This document shows positions 30,621 through 32,000 of a stretch of 32,000 nt of DNA, one piece after another. Origin of the DNA: Chlamydiota bacterium (lineage in GTDB: Bacteria > Auribacterota > JACPWU01). The notes beneath the pieces were generated by a model. The model was not told where the DNA came from. It saw nothing but the letters and a program-made list of their open reading frames with translations, and did not search any database. Location: the NCBI GenBank assembly GCA_016196885.1, contig JACPWU010000032.1, forward strand, positions 25,775-57,774, written 5' to 3'. How positions within the stretch are numbered: the first letter of the stretch is position 1; every line of letters starts with the position of its first letter. The translations under genes and the position numbers were made by a program.

Positions 30621-31913
30621 ATGAGTCATTGTATAAGAATGACTAAAGGCTATTTTCAGGTGAAAGAAATAAATCTCTCAAAATATAACCAGCACTGGGA
30701 AAAGGACTTTCGATATCCCTACTTGAAAGAACGAAAGCTATTTGCAGCTCTTATTCAAAGCTTACTTCAAAAAGAAATCATTGAACTGATCGGCTTGAGA
30801 AGAACAGGAAAAACCATCCTGGCTCTGCAACTCATCAACCATCTCCTTGAGAAAAAGATATCTCCTCTTTCTATTTGGTATTTCACATTTGATGAGGATC
30901 AACCCTCGTTAGATGATTTAATACAATCGTTTTCAAAACAAACAGAAATCAATTATAAAAAGGAAAAAATTTATCTTTTTTTGGACGAGATTCAGAAACT
31001 GCCTCATTTCCAAAATCAGCTAAAAATCTACTACGACCTTTATCCAAATTTAAAATTTTTTATCACAGGCTCGACTTCCCTTTTCATTAAGAAAAAAACT
31101 CAGGAGAGTTTGGCGGGGAGAATTCTCACCTATCATCTCAATCCTCTTGATTTCGAAGAGTACCTCTATTTTAAAGAAAGAGCTGATCTCCTAAAAAAGC
31201 CTTCCGCCTTTTTCACAGAAATAGAAATAGAATTCGAACTTTTCTTAAAGAGTCAGTTCATCGATGCACTTTTTCTAAACGTTCCTGAGGATCGAAAAAA
31301 CTATTTCATCGGGGTGATTCGAAAAGTCATTTATGAAGATATTCCCATGCTCTTTCCCGTCGAAAATCCTGAAATTCTCTGGAAACTGGTGAAAATCATC
31401 GCCCAAAACCCAGGCCTTCTCATTCATTACCAACAAATGTCACAAGAATTAGGCGTCTCGCATAAAACCATCAGCTCTTATCTCCACTACCTGGAAGAAG
31501 CCTTTCTCATTCGAAAAATATTTAACTTTTCTCGCAATCAAATTACATCAGAGAAAAGACTCAAAAAGTTCTATCTGGCTTCTCCATCCTTTGCATGGGC
31601 CCTCACTGATTTTTCAGAAACAGGTGGACTCGTGGAAAATCTTGTCGTATCCCTTAAGGATTATTATTTTTTCTGGAGGGATCCTTATCAGCATGAAGTA
31701 GACTTTATTGAAATTTTGGGTGATCAAAAAATCATGCCGATCGAAGTCAAATACCAAAAAGAAATTCGCAGCCATGATTTAAAAAATCTGATTCTCTTTT
31801 CCAAAAGATTTAAATGCCCTCAAGCCTATATCTTGGGAAGAACGTTGGAAGAGAAAATCTTATCCGATGAATCCGGAATTCAAATTGTAGAAAAACCTGT
31901 TTATTTTATCTAA
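30621..31913 (+). CDS. AAA-family ATPase with C-terminal DUF4143 / PD-(D/E)xK-like module
   Basis: The Walker A is GLRRTGKT and the Walker B is IYLFLDEIQ. The C-terminal HEVDFI...PIEVKYQ resembles a D...ExK nuclease-fold motif. The start may be ATG 30639 (MTKGYF). Confidence 0.75.
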   Translation: MSHCIRMTKGYFQVKEINLSKYNQHWEKDFRYPYLKERKLFAALIQSLLQKEIIELIGLRRTGKTILALQLINHLLEKKISPLSIWYFTFDEDQPSLDDLIQSFSKQTEINYKKEKIYLFLDEIQKLPHFQNQLKIYYDLYPNLKFFITGSTSLFIKKKTQESLAGRILTYHLNPLDFEEYLYFKERADLLKKPSAFFTEIEIEFELFLKSQFIDALFLNVPEDRKNYFIGVIRKVIYEDIPMLFPVENPEILWKLVKIIAQNPGLLIHYQQMSQELGVSHKTISSYLHYLEEAFLIRKIFNFSRNQITSEKRLKKFYLASPSFAWALTDFSETGGLVENLVVSLKDYYFFWRDPYQHEVDFIEILGDQKIMPIEVKYQKEIRSHDLKNLILFSKRFKCPQAYILGRTLEEKILSDESGIQIVEKPVYFI

Positions 31914-32000
31914 AGAAATGACCTGACAAAACTCTGATTACATACTGAGCCGAGTAATTTCGGCGGTCTTGCGGAATCGCTCTAACTGATTTTTCATGGA

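Noticed and set aside
31914-32000. A short minus-strand ORF (about 19 codons from ATG 31997) at the right edge.
   Set aside because: It is too short, lacks a ribosome-binding site, and is cut by the window edge. It cannot be supported.
1-32000. A prophage, integrative element or defence island as the hidden system.
   Set aside because: There are no integrase, transposase, phage structural, restriction-modification, toxin-antitoxin or cas-like genes. Gene content is housekeeping, and only the AAA-DUF4143 gene at the edge is of an accessory type.

Overview
This is a chromosomal, mostly housekeeping segment of a moderately AT-rich bacterium that I cannot place taxonomically from sequence alone. 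It holds about 30 genes. They are: the tail of an ABC ATPase; two tandem membrane GAF-GGDEF diguanylate cyclases; csp; a HAMP hybrid histidine kinase; a minus-strand SPOR/TPR-mutS-mutL-miaA-FmdB zinc-ribbon gene string; miaB; a secreted 4xCxxC protein; an HExxH metallopeptidase; pfk; TPR and secreted hypotheticals; a PduO-type corrinoid adenosyltransferase; nadA; a hopanoid block hpnC-hpnD-hpnE / hpnG / shc with a divergent GAF-ANTAR regulator; and an AAA-DUF4143 ATPase. I found no rRNA, tRNA, CRISPR, transposase, integrase or recognisable defence genes. The non-coding DNA is the unusual part. (1) Intergenic hairpins recur whose arms are degenerate tandem heptamer words, alongside unpaired GTCGTGA heptad arrays, one of them inside the miaA 5' coding end. 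(2) There are two MITE-like palindromic repeat families. One has 10-11 bp flanking duplications and a conserved double-hairpin core in four copies. The other has TA-flanked TAACCCCTC termini and supplies the last codons and stop of shc. (3) A 186-nt 6S-like imperfect hairpin lies directly downstream of a 44-aa Arg/Lys-rich ORF with strong expression signals. All calls rest on reading the sequence and ORF track; no database search was possible.
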